Source: Lingula anatina (taxonomy: Eukaryota > Animalia > Brachiopoda). From it: a stretch of DNA of 64,000 nucleotides. The stretch covers positions 22,010,001 to 22,074,000 of the forward strand of contig CM120641.1 in NCBI GenBank assembly GCA_051362555.1, written 5' to 3'. This document shows positions 11,630-24,425 of the stretch, piece after piece (positions within the stretch are counted from its first letter, which is position 1; every line of letters starts with the position of its first letter). The notes below the pieces were generated by a model that had not been told where the DNA came from, made no database searches, and saw nothing but the letters and a program-made list of their open reading frames with translations. Position numbers and translations under genes: made by a program.

Positions 11630-14600
11630 ATGGCACATTCGTTATCGGTAAGACGTGAAGCTCACTCTTTTCCTCACTTTCATTTCTTTAGATTTGTGAC
11701 TTGTAATTTGGTTCATTTTTGACATGTTGAACAGAATGACTGAGGCTTACTTGCGTAAACGTTGTCCGAAGTTTAGCAGTACGGCAGGTAATCTGAAATT
11801 ATCACGTCTGTTTGTTGTTTAATTGGAATTCAGCGTTTGAGCACAGTACATGAAAGGAAATTATACTTTTGAGAAACCCCAGAGAGTCGAATTTGAATAG
11901 GTAGAGTTAACCGCCAGAGGCGTAAACAAGAACCATGTTTCATTCACAAAAAAGGATTCTGCAACAAAGTATCGTTATTTTGGTAATTTACACTCCGTAC
12001 TTCTGAATGGAAATTGTTGCAAAAATATTTTTATGTCTAACAAAACTTCGTTTTATAAGCTATTGGAATGCTTTGATTTTATTTTTAAGCAACACATCCC
12101 TTTAAAATGTTATCACTTATTATTTTAGTATTAAAACAGTTTTGAAATCATTATTTTCATTTTTTTCTAATTTAAATAATGATGCTCTTAGTGTAGCAAA
12201 GATCTATCAAGGATATCTGTTCACTAGAAAACGCTATCATAAGTATATAATCAGTTAAAACGATGAATTTTTCTGTGCCCCATTACAAGTTTTTAAAATG
12301 GTTGTACAATACATGTAATAGTACCTTTTGGAGCAAAAACCATAAAAACCTGAGGAGCTGCCCTTCATTTTCGGCTGCATCAAGCAGCTGTGGTTCATTC
12401 CCTGTGTAATGAACTCTCTTGATAAAATTGAAAGTTCAGATATTGATTCCCATATCTACATGGTATTTGCTTTTTTTTTCTTGTTTCCCAAGCTCAGAAA
12501 ATCTTTTAAGACATTGATTGCCTTCTACAAAAGATATTGAAAGGACTGACTGCTTAATAATGTGAAGTAATCTGTCACCATATCAACTGTGGATTGCTTA
12601 AAAAGAGGCTAATTTTCATACGGTTTATCTATAGGAATATTTCTTTTGCAAGCACTTGCCTTGGTTTCAAATAATGGTTTTAATTTTCCAAATAAAAGAT
12701 TAATTGAGGACCCCAGCCTAATTTCCCATCGTGCCATGGTACCAACATACCTCACATTCACAACCAGCAGAGTCAGTTCTCCCTGGTCACTTTCTGTTCC
12801 AGATTTTAGCAGTTATAATGGGTTTTAAGGTATCCTTTTTTAGATTTCCCCACCAAATCAAATTTTCCACAAAAAAGGAAATTTTCTCCTGCACACAAAT
12901 ATAGCTTGACCCATCCCTGCACTTAGATTTGATGTTTTATACCATTTCTAATTTCAATTGTAATTTAAATCAGTTCTAAGTGAATGACCATGTCTTCCTG
13001 TGCATTTAGAGGAAACATATATATCAATATCAGGTACTTATATTTGAGTTTTTTTTTTTTTAATCTTAAAAGATCTGAATTAGGAAAGGTTTGCGAGATA
13101 CGTAAGCATGGGAATTTCCAAATGCTGCTAGTTTACCCGAAGTTACTCTATTTTTAAACATTTTCCAGCATCAACAGGAGTATAATCCAAACCCTGTATC
13201 TCAAGCTGATGAAAAATATTTATCAGCCAATGCAGAGATTTTCAAGAGTATAAATGCATTGCTAGGAAACTCCCTCGATCTGAACAGTCTTGCGGGACTG
13301 ACATTGCCACAGCAGCAAGAACAGATAAGAGGTAAATTGAACCTGGTTTTCAAGGAGAACTTTCCATTGGTGTCTGGTGAAAATTTAATGAATTGTTTGT
13401 CTAGAGTGTTCAAAGCCTGACTTTTTTTGCTTTTTGAAAATTTGACATAATTTTTACTTAAGTTTAATCTGTCTGTTTTTTTGCAAAATTGTAATGTGTG
13501 TGCATTTCATTTTCTTCCAGACCCATCCTATATGGCTGCCATGCCTGCCATGTCCACTGCAGAGCTCTTATTTTCAGGGTATGGTTTTCCTGCTCCACAG
13601 TCTCCAAACACCTTCTCATATTCAGGTAACTTGGGAGTGACTTTTTTTTTGTCATTGTGGTTGTTGTCAGACATTATTTGGGTAGTAGCAACTTTTGAAC
13701 TTATGCAAGTAACATTTAAGAAATATATCATACACACTAAAATGACATTTAAAAAGTATGGCATGCACACTAGTTGACAAAAATTTTGATAGTCATTTTG
13801 AGATTTTTATAAACTTCACACAAATTTATTTTTAAACAGCATTCTTCCATTGCATCTAATATAAAAATTAACTTCACATTTCCTGCCAGGATTTCACCCA
13901 TTTCCACCTGTCTCCAATGTGAACCTTCCCATGTTAAATCGCCATCATGGTGGCTATGGCGGACTGCTAGACTACTCCAAAAGCCAGGACCATGGGGTTC
14001 ACGTGCCAGGGGCAATATCAAATAGAACGCTGGAATGCCTGACTAACTCACCACAGAGAATGCTCAGGGCCATCACTGCAGAGAGGAGGGGATCATCTTT
14101 GTCTAGGTCAGCTAAATAGTCTTCTTAATAATGCCATCCTCTTGGGGAAAGTTTTAGGTGTCATTCAATTTCAAGAAAGAATTAGTAGTGTGACAATTTA
14201 CAGACTTTGCAAAAAGCTTAACTGTTGGGTCGTTGTTTAGCAAGCACAGGAACTTTCAGCCAGTCTGTGGATTTCTACCTTTTACATAACTGATCAAAAA
14301 AGATCATAATAGCACTTGGGATGTTGGATCTGATTTTAAAGTGAAGGATGATTTTTTTTTCTAAAATGTTGTCAACGCTCCTGATTTCAAGTAGCCAATT
14401 TCTAAAGGTTAAAAAGCATTTTATTGCCAATATTTTTTACAGTGATTACAGTGGTCTGAATTCTCCGATGTTGAATTATGGCAATACATCTCGCTGCTCT
14501 CTGACACGTTCCCCGTCACCATTTAGTGACTCTGACACTTCAGGACTTGGCAGTGATGGAAGTGCAACAGATCCTCTCACTGAACTCATGGTATGGTACA

Positions 14601-17600
14601 AAATTGATATAATCCTGTTCCTTAAACAAAGAATGATTTCATTATAATATACTTTTGGTCTCTCTTTTCTTGATTCCTCAAAGATTTCAGATTCATGATT
14701 TCAGAATTCCCTCCACATTGGTGGCCCCCCAGCTGCAGGGCCCATGTCGCCCTCCCCTCCTCCCCAGCAGCCTCAGCAAGTGGACCTCACACGCCTGCTC
14801 CAAGGTGGAGACTTCATGCGCTCGCCGCCATGTCCTCCTAATTCTAGAGAGGAAAGCCCCGGACCACAGTCTACTGATCTGCTGTCTGATAAAAGATGGC
14901 AGTCTGTGAACTCCCTGTTTTCCACAAACAGTTCAGATCCTTATTCTATTGAGAAGGCAGCAAGGTTATACAGGAATGCTGCTTGTAAGAATAAGATCTA
15001 ATCAATATGAATATTAATTTATGCAAATCATTTTTTAAATGAATAGATTTCAAAAACTTAAAATCCTTGAAATTAGGGCTATTCTACAATGTTATGATAA
15101 TACAGTTATAGATTAAGATGTGTCAACTAATTATAAAGTGTTACAATTTTTTAAAAATGTGCCTATAGTCCAAATGCATAGCAAAGGTTTGGTAAGATAA
15201 TATAAAGCAATGGATCAGCAGTAGCTCTTTTTGGAAAAAAACTGCCATGTTGTTTTTCCTCATTGAAAAGATATTTGAAGATGAGCATTTTGAACTTAAA
15301 ATTCCCATTTCTAGCTCTCTATGAAGCCACCTGTACATGGAGCGGTCAGTTACCCCCAAAGGTGTACAAAAACCCAAGCTACTCGTGCAAGGTTTTCCTA
15401 GGAGGGGTTCCTTGGGACATCACTGAAAGTGAGAAAATGTTGTTATTTTTGATGTTACCTCAAATATAAATCTCATTTTATTTAAGAGAGAATGTCTTCA
15501 GGCTCATTCTCAGTGAAACTCATTCTACATAAATCTATCCAACTCTGTGGGGACTCTTGCTGAATGCAATCCTATTAATAAATTACCATGCCTCTTGTGT
15601 TGAGTACAATGTGGAAATGCTGGTGATAATATAAGTGTGTTGGAAACAAGAGGAGGCATTTTAATCTGCTCACTTTAATTGCCTTAGCAAGAGTCTCACC
15701 AGAGTTATTTCATGGCACTTTGATGACAACTTCTGCAAAGGCTTCTTTTATGTATAGTGTTTCTTTTTTTTTTTTTTTTCTTACGTGCTTGGAATTAAAA
15801 TATCTGCACTGAATAAACAAAAATATAGTTGAAAAATTAAGCAGTGGTTTACAGGAAATATTAGGAATAAGATATGAAACTGTTGATCATGTTAATATTA
15901 ACATAATCCTTTGAAATTGGAATCTGAACATGTGTAAAAGTATTGCCTTTGTAAATTAGTGGTCTGTACATATTGCGACACTAAGAGTTTAAAATTACTC
16001 ATCCCATCCTTGTAGCTGGTCTCCAGTCAGCCTTCAAACCATTCGGTCCTATACGCATAGAGTGGCCAGGGAAGGATGGTAAGCATCCACGCTCCTCTGG
16101 CAGAGGGACATGGCTTAAAGGTGCTTTCATTTTCCTTGCGTTGCTGTGTTAATTGCTTAAAACAAACTCTGCTGCCTTAAGTTTGGTAAAGATGTTTCAT
16201 TTTCCCCTTGTATTAAAGCAAGTCTTCTAAGCAGTCAGGACTGTCTCCACTTAATAAGTCTGGTTTCAGGAAAATTTGTAAATTTCTAGAAAAATCCCTT
16301 ATATCACACTGAACATCTTGGCAATGCTGTCTTACATAACCGTACAACTTTACTTCAAGGGGAAATGAAAGCTTCTTTATTACAGTTTGGCTGTTTTGTC
16401 ACCTTTTTTACTTCCAAGATTTTCTGCACATAATCTATATTAGAATGGATCCATCTGCAGTTTTGTCATAGTATTTGAAAAAATCACTAAGCAATTAAAG
16501 CAGTCTTGAAATTATGTTTGTTGGTTGCTCTGTTTCTTACAATCTTGTTTTGTTGTCTTTCACCATAAATGATACCACCAAAATTATTTTTTGTATAGAT
16601 TTAACATGCACATAACAGAACATTCCCTGTGTTGTGTTCCCAGGATATGTGTATATCTTGTTTGAGAATGAGAAGGCAGTCAAGGCTCTTTTGCAGTCCT
16701 GCACTCATGATTATTCCAATGGAGGCGAGTACTACTTCAAGATCTCGAGCCGCAGAATGAGAAGTAAAGAGGTAGGGATTATGTTCTTAGGTTGATGTCA
16801 GTCATTTTCTGGCATACATTAATTGTTTACACTTCCTTCCATTTTCTTGTAAAAAAAATCCTTACCATGTTCTGTAGTTTTTCATTGAAAATCAAATATA
16901 AAATGTGTGTTATATACTATAAGATTGGACTGAACATTGAAAAATCAGAGGGTCCCATGGGGGGAGGGTGATCTAGCTGTTCACTGGAAATAAAATCATC
17001 AATTCACAAATCAAAGTAAATAAAACTTAATTCATATCTTATTGGATGCGAGTTCAAAACCGTTAATCACAGAGTATTATGACCATTTCATGAAATGGGT
17101 TGCCTCAGGCATTGTGCTAAACAATAAAAACATTTATGTATCTTGGAACTTAAAAAATTTCATGGGTAACAAAGATACTCAATGGGAGCCTTTTCAAAAC
17201 ATAATTCGGTTCAGTTGATAAGGTACAGCTCACAAAGTTCTGATTTCACAAATTAATGATCTCGATTTACAATTATTTGATGAAATTTTGTAAAGTAAAG
17301 GAACATAATGTCTATCACTAATTGGATTTACGTATAGGTGCAGGTTATTCCCTGGGTTCTCAGTGACAGCAACTATGTACGCCAACCCTCCCAGCGCCTG
17401 GACCCAAATAAAACAGTGTTTGTTGGAGCTCTCCATGGGATGTTGAATGCAGAGGCACTGGCGGCAATTATGAATGACCTGTTTGGAAATGTGGTGTATG
17501 CTGGGATAGACACAGACAAATACAAGTATCCCATTGGTAAGTTCTGACAGTAACTAACTGTTATCTTCTCTGTATATTGCATTCTCTGTCCTTATATATT

Positions 17601-18304
17601 AGTAAGGCTTTGGTATTTTGCATTGGTTCCCCCCATGACATGATTTTAACCAATTTTTGAAGGGTTTAATTCAGTTGAATTTGATTATTGTTAGGGTCTG
17701 GTCGAGTAACCTTCAGTGTCCACAAAAGTTACATGAAGGCTGTGCAGGCAGCTTTTGTAGAAATCAAGACCCCTAAGTTTACAAAAAAGGTAAGCTTGTT
17801 CATTAATGTGACAGTAAAATTAAAATCTTCTTTTAGTGAAGACTTTAGATTTTATATAAATAAAATACACCTGAATTTTATCACAAGTATTCAAACATGC
17901 AAGCACGTGTATTTCTGCCTCTTGAAATATGGTAAACTTGTGAGACATTGCAGTAGAGAAGATAGGGAACATCCAAGCACACTGAAAATCATTCTTACAA
18001 CCTCAGGCTAACAAAATATGAATTTGTACTTTTGTTTTGAACACAGTATTTGAAAATAGTGATTTTATCTATGATCAGAAATACTTTGTTTCCTCAGGTT
18101 CAGATTGATCCTTACTTAGAAGATTCTATGTGCAGCACGTGTAACATTCAGCAGGGGCCATACTTCTGTCGTGACCTGCAGTGTTTCCGCTACTACTGCC
18201 GTTCCTGTTGGCAATGGCAGCATTCCCTGGACACATTGAAGAACCACAAACCTCTGATGAGAAACAGCAAGGGCACATCTGTGGCTGCTGGGACTTGCAC
18301 ATGA
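11630..18304 (+). CDS. CPEB1: Cytoplasmic polyadenylation element-binding protein 1 (CPEB1/Orb), 12 exons, 592 aa
   Basis: Exons 11630-11647, 13169-13331, 13521-13625, 13890-14106, 14443-14590, 14705-14984, 15315-15428, 16016-16120, 16644-16771, 17338-17536, 17695-17789, 18098-18304 total 1779 nt with all phases compatible. Motifs: N-terminal [43 protein letters not shown]1 [18 protein letters not shown]2 [34 protein letters not shown] and the Cys/His ZZ domain. Confidence 0.95.
16947..17193. mobile_element. Possible decayed TIR element in a CPEB1 intron
   Basis: Imperfect inverted ends: agagggtcccatgg ... caatgggagccttt. Confidence 0.3.
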
Positions 18305-20145
18305 ACGTACCAGGTATGATGAATTGTCATCAAAATGTGTGTTTATGTACATCTTAGTCATATTTCATTCATTTAGAATAAACTTGAGGTGGACTTTGCT
18401 GACATATAGTCATCTGTTTTTTAAATTATTTATTTTAATCAGAAATCAGTTGTCCATTTTCCACCATAATGGACCGCAGATGCCTTTGTTGTACAGTCAC
18501 TCAGCCCTTTCTTTCGGCTTTTTTCTTGCAACCCAAAATCATTTCTGGATTTGAAATACTTATGAATAGTTTGTCTAATTCCTGCACAAGGTAAGAGTAT
18601 AAAGAGCAGAAAATTTATTTGAACCTGTCCATGGGATCTTTGTAAAAAGTGATGGGAATAGGTTTGGACTCGTCTAGCTGTAATTTTAACATTATGAAAT
18701 GTATATAATTTTGGGGGTTTTCAGGAGAGCAGTTATAAAACCACTCCTAAGATGTCAAATTGGAAGAGTTGTTTCCCTGTCTTTGTTCAGTTGGGAAATG
18801 TGCAACAAGTGGACACCAATACTGGAGGATGAGGACACAAGAACCTCTTATACCTTGAGAAATGGAGAACTTGAAGAAACAAGTATTTGATGTAAAGATA
18901 TTATGGTTCTTACTCCAACGAGTGGAAAATCCTCATTTTCTTTTTCATGATTTTTATTGTTGAGGGAGGCTACACTTCACCAAACTTTGGACCACATTTG
19001 TGTGGCTACTAAATATGTTTTGTTGATTTTTACAGTTTTATTTAAAATTTATATACCATTTACACACAGTCACAGAGTATTATATCTATAACACGCACTG
19101 AGTTGAGCATAAGACTCCATTTGGAGTTGTTTCATTTCGGTTCTGTTGTGAAAGTTACTAGAAGGTAGATTATTATTGGATATACTTAATGTTAGTTTGG
19201 TTTTAGGAATTTGTAACTTTTTATCATTATTAACTTGCACTATAAATATTAATCAAGTTTATAATTAGAATAATGATTGGTTTATTCTTTTGATTGATTT
19301 AAATTGATCAGTAGTTGGAATGGTGGATAATTGATGATGGATTTAACCAAGTAAAAAGATTTTACTATTTTGGAAGTGCATTTTACAGCAAATTGTTGAA
19401 TTGAGAGAAGCCCCATGTTTTATCTTAATATGTTGAATTCTCAAATTTTACCATTTCTTCAAGGTCTTAATATACTTGTTCTCTTTTATCCTATTCTTCA
19501 TTCAACAATGCAGTTCTGAAAGTTCTATTTCTTTTCAATCAGTCTGTCTTTTTATATAATGTCAAAATTCTATTGATTATTTAAATTATTGAAGCTAGTA
19601 AGTGGAAACTCTAGTTTACTTGTGCATAGGATTTTACACTTGTTCTTTCTCTCCAGGGGCAATTTAGTTGATGAGTATATATGATGCACAAGTTAAATAA
19701 GTCTGGTTATTATTATTTTAAAAAGAAAAGTGAATATTGTAGAATGATGTTCTTACAGAAAAGAGATGTGATCAAGAAATTGTTTTTATATTTGATCAGG
19801 AATTTTAGATAATGATTAACATTTAGTGGAACATCAGTTTAAGATGGCAATTGATGGTGATATGGTCGGTAGTATAATAAATGGTTGCTTACCTAATCGG
19901 ATGGATCATGACGGATAAACTAACCTTGCAATGTCCCTCGGTAAATGAACTTGAACCTTACAGTTTGTGAGGAGCTATTTTTCTGCACTCAATTATTAAT
20001 GAAAAAAAACAAAAAAATATTCAACAATGAACTTACTAATATAAAATTGTATTATTTTTGTTAAACTTTATTCATCCTTTCTTTCTTTCAGCGTTATTTT
20101 CACATTTCTATTTTGGCCAATAAAAGTTTTTTGAAGCAAACATAT
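18305..20145 (+). other. Probable CPEB1 3'UTR with polyadenylation signal
   Basis: AATAAA at 20119-20124 is followed by a U/GU-rich stretch; an alternative AATAAA is at 19876. Several TTTTAT motifs are present. Confidence 0.5.
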
Positions 20146-21571
20146 TTTTGTTTGATTTTATACATTCACTTAATTCAAACTAATCAATTACTGAATAGAT
20201 TTTTGTGAATAACAGTTGAATTAACTTATTTCAAACTGCCATAATCGTTTTTGGAAAAAAAAAAATTTCCGAAGGCAAACTATCTTCCATTCAATATATA
20301 AATTTGCAGCATTAGTCTTGGTTATATGACAGATACAGGCATGCTACAATTTTATCAATCACTCAGGGGTTTGCATTTACTATCTTATGCAATTTGAAAA
20401 GTTTTCTCACCTTTCCAAAATTTGCTTGAGGCCCACTCAGAATTCACTTCTCCAAAATGACACTCAAAATGCATTTTTTTGGTAAAATTTTGTTATTAAT
20501 TTTATTCTGATACAAAATATACCTAGACTGATGCATACTTCTAGAGTCCATTTAATATGAACTGCAAAACTGCCTCGGAGTTCACTGTTAAGAACTTTCA
20601 CATACAAAAGTGCTCTATATTGAATGCAATATTACTTGTTTACCTTATCCACTTCTTTTTTTTTTTTTACTTTTAACTCATTATTTAACAATGATATGTT
20701 AAAGTAGAAAATTATTATCTAAAAAAATAAAGCATGTTGCAAGTTTTCAGAGACGTAGCTACAAATTTATAAGCAGTCTCCATTAAACAAATGTAACTTA
20801 TTTCCTATACTATTAATCATAGTATGCAAAAAGTATAGTTAACTATATTAATTCACAATTAATTTGTCTGGCACATTCTTTTCCTCTAAATTCATCATCA
20901 CAGGTTAATATATTAAATCCATAAAATGATACCAAAGAAACCAGTTTTGTTTACATTCTGCTTATTGCTGAGGATTTTCATAAAATAAGTCAAGTAGCAG
21001 ACACTGTTACTATTGCATGATGGTATTCTGTACTAGATTTTCCTCTAGGAAAAAAACATTTTCTCTTACTCATGAAATACTCTACCTTTCCTTGTGCTTC
21101 TGTGTTTTGTGCCATTTCTAATTAAATAACTTAATCATGATTCATTTAAGCCAACATATTTTCCTGACATTTCAGAAAGAAACATCAATATCGTGAGCTT
21201 TTCTTTTCTTTGTTTTTTTTAAATATTCTGAGGTCTGAAAATATTAAGAGAGAATAATATCTTTGCAGGATGATAAGATGCAAAAATATGACTTTGAGAA
21301 ATCTTTAAACATGTATACTTTTAAGATTGCCTTCTAAATCCAAATGAGTCTGCTTGTGTCCATCTTTCCTTGTAGATAATAAATTTATTTAATAATATTA
21401 AACTCTAATATTCAAGATAAAATGCATTGTTAAAACTGGTATTCCAGTCCAGATGGAAATCCTTGGACCCGTTCTCCAGTGAATCAGTTCCAGCATCAGC
21501 TGTCTGCTTTTTGCTTTTCAACACAAACCATATACAACACTGCATATCATTATGTTACTTCAGACCGTATC

Positions 21572-24425
21572 TTAACTGGTCTTTTCCTTGGACTGTGAGT
21601 AGAGTTCATACAGCCCTATGCTGGTAGAAATCAATCCCCAGAGTCCAGACTGCATGGTGCTGAACTTCCCAGCCCACAGGAATCCCTTGGGGAGCCAGTT
21701 CACAGCATTCAGGAGATCAAAACTATTCTTGAAGAAGGCCAGGATTTCATCGAGTTCTTCTTTCTTCAGTTTCCTCACTGAAAATTTTGGCACGGAAGAC
21801 AGGTCTGGGTCCTCTCTGGAAGTAACCACTGATTCAGAATGGTAATGATACAAGTAGCCACTAGACAATAATAATTTAAACAACAGTGATGCACAGGATT
21901 TTTAACAGGAGCTTGTTATTTTAGTGCCTTATGAACAGGTACTACATATATGTTCATCTTTCACAGCATGAAAATAAGTACATAGACTCCCATTCTTTTA
22001 ACCTAAATAGTTTTTCCTTATCCTAAAAAAAGCCACATTACTGTCTACTCCTGTAGCTGATACATGAAGTCTCATCTTTCCTTGTGACCTTGTTCAACAT
22101 CACATACACAAGACACCACACGGGATCTTACCTTCCCCTTTGACCTTGTTCAACATCACACAAGGCACCACAGGGGGTCTGACCTACCACTGTGACCTTG
22201 TTCAACATCACACAAGACACCACAGGGGGTTTTACCTTCCCTCATGACCTTGTTCAACATCACACAAGACACCACAGGGGGTCTTACCTTCCACTGTGAC
22301 CTTGTTCAACATCACACAAGACACCACAGGGGGTTTTACCTTCCCTCATGGCCTTGTTCAACATCACACAAGACACCACAGGGGGTTTTACCTTCCCCTT
22401 GGACCTTGTTCCACATCACACAAGGCACCACAGGGGTTTTACCTTCCCTCATGACCTTGGTCAACATCAGGCAAGATGCCACATGGTGTCTTACCTTCCC
22501 TCATGACCTTGTTCCCTGGCCAGCTTGTGCCTCTCCTGTCTCAGCAAAATAATCTTTATGAGACTTCTGAAATTTGGAAATTTGTCCCTTTTTAAATGCA
22601 ATTCTTTACATTTCTCATTTTTGAGTCACTAATGTACCAGTTATGGCTGTAAAGATTTGTGAATTTAACCGACAACAGGAAAATTTGATTTGGAACTCCA
22701 GAGAGCATTTGCAGATATTAATTTCCTCAAGTTTCAGATAAGACAAAGCATTATGATTAGGGGAAGATTGTTGAAATGTCCAAATAAAAAAATAAAAAAC
22801 ATTTTTATGTTAAGATCTAATGTGTACTGTATGAGCCTTCAACTGGATATGATACTTCTCCATCTCCTGACCTGAGAATGCCTGTAATAAGTGAAGTGGC
22901 CCATATTGCAATGCCTGTCGTCCACCACTTGGGAGAGTTCACATCCCACAATTTCAGGTCTCCTCCAAATGCTATGTGCTCCACTGGGAAGTAGCACAAA
23001 TTGGCAATGTTCTGGGCAACTCCAAGTAACTGAAGCAACAGGTTTTTTTCCTGGAATCATATTATAATATATTTGTTATAACATACATACTTACTACACA
23101 ATGGATGTCATTGTGTTATAATGAATCATGCCCATTAATATGAAATATTGTGTTAAATGAGGTGTTTGTACAGATGAGATGCAGGGATGTTTATTTTTTA
23201 CCTTCTTATCAAGACCTATATTCCCCACATTTTGACTTCAAGTTTCAAAATTATCTATGATCCATCATAACAACATTCTATTCATATACCTGCTTGGGTC
23301 AAAAACTGAACACATTCACAGAATGACCTAGATTCACAAACTGGTCCCCTATACAAATAATCACTGACAGAATTAATTGTTTGGTGTTCAAACTATGTTT
23401 AAAACTATGTTACAGTGTACGTGTGTGAAATGCATATTTTAAAAATATTTTGAGCACTGACCATTCTGAACAAATTCAATATGCAGTTAAAGCATCATAT
23501 ACACATGTATACAGTCTGTTAATATGTGCATTTATAGCATATCACATGCACACATTTCTGCTCATGTGGAACAATCTACTTATCCAGTTATCTGTACGTT
23601 AAGCAGGAGTCAGAAACTCAAATAGCCCCCCCCCCCCAAAAAAAAAAAAAAATCCTTGTGCTGTGAGTTTATACTGTAGGAATAAAATCACCCAACTTTT
23701 TATTGCTGAAAGTGCTTATTCCTACAATTCATCATTGTTTACTCAATACTTCTTCACTTTACATGCCATATCATTTTACAGTCACATAATATTGCACATT
23801 GCATACTACCACTACTAAAACACCTGGCTTGTCAGACTTGTGGTCATTTACCGGTAGATAAGAAAGACATGCAGATATGAAAAAGTTAAATAAAGTGCAT
23901 GACATATTCATAACTCTGGAAAGACATATTAAGACAGATGTTAGCCTTGGACTACAACTACAGTACTTCTGGTAAAATTAAAACAAATGGTCTGTTTTAG
24001 TCTGTGAAATCAACTGTGATTCAGTGATAGCATACTATACCATAGAGGAACATACAGGGTATGGGTTTTATGTAATATGACCCTTATCTTATATAACACA
24101 AACAAATATATGCATTCACCAAAGCGGCTGTAGCGTGCGGTCTGGTGCAATAAAGAAATGCAGATGAAAGGTAATTTATACAGGTGTGTTCAGTTGACCT
24201 TACTTGCTTCATCAGCCCTAGTTTCCTTGCATAGAGTATCATAGGGAGATCGTCAAAGAGCCTCAGGACTACTCGACATTTCCCGAGTGGGATTGCGAGG
24301 GCCCCAAACTTTTCTGCCAATTTTCCACGAGAGGCACCACTCAAGAATGTGGCTGCATACGTGCACAGGCGAATCATTTTGTCCCTTCCTCTGTACGTCT
24401 GGATGAGATTGACGTAGGCCTCCAT
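21572..24425 (-). CDS. PEX11G: Peroxisomal membrane protein 11, gamma/PEX11C type, 4 exons, about 238 aa
   Basis: Minus-strand exons 24425-24204, 23050-22872, 22566-22495 and 21815-21572 total 717 nt; an in-frame alternative acceptor is at 21860. Motifs YRGRDKMIR, CRVVLRLFDDLPM, YFPVEHIAF and DLLNAVNWLPKGFLWAGKF match PEX11G. Confidence 0.92.
22075..22515. repeat. 52-bp minisatellite (about 8.5 copies) spanning the PEX11 exon 3 / intron 3 junction
   Basis: The gaccttg core recurs at 22086, 22142, 22194, 22246, 22298, 22350 (variant), 22402, 22453 and 22505. Confidence 0.95.

Noticed and set aside
13169-14984. Aplysia-type Q-rich prion-like CPEB N-terminus
   Set aside because: Only short Q patches ([14 protein letters not shown]) are present, with no extended Q/N domain.
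22075-22552. Regularly spaced repeats resembling a CRISPR array, and the 102-aa ORF over them
   Set aside because: The units are contiguous near-identical 52-mers with no unique spacers and no cas genes, inside a eukaryotic intron. The ORF is a by-product of the repeat.
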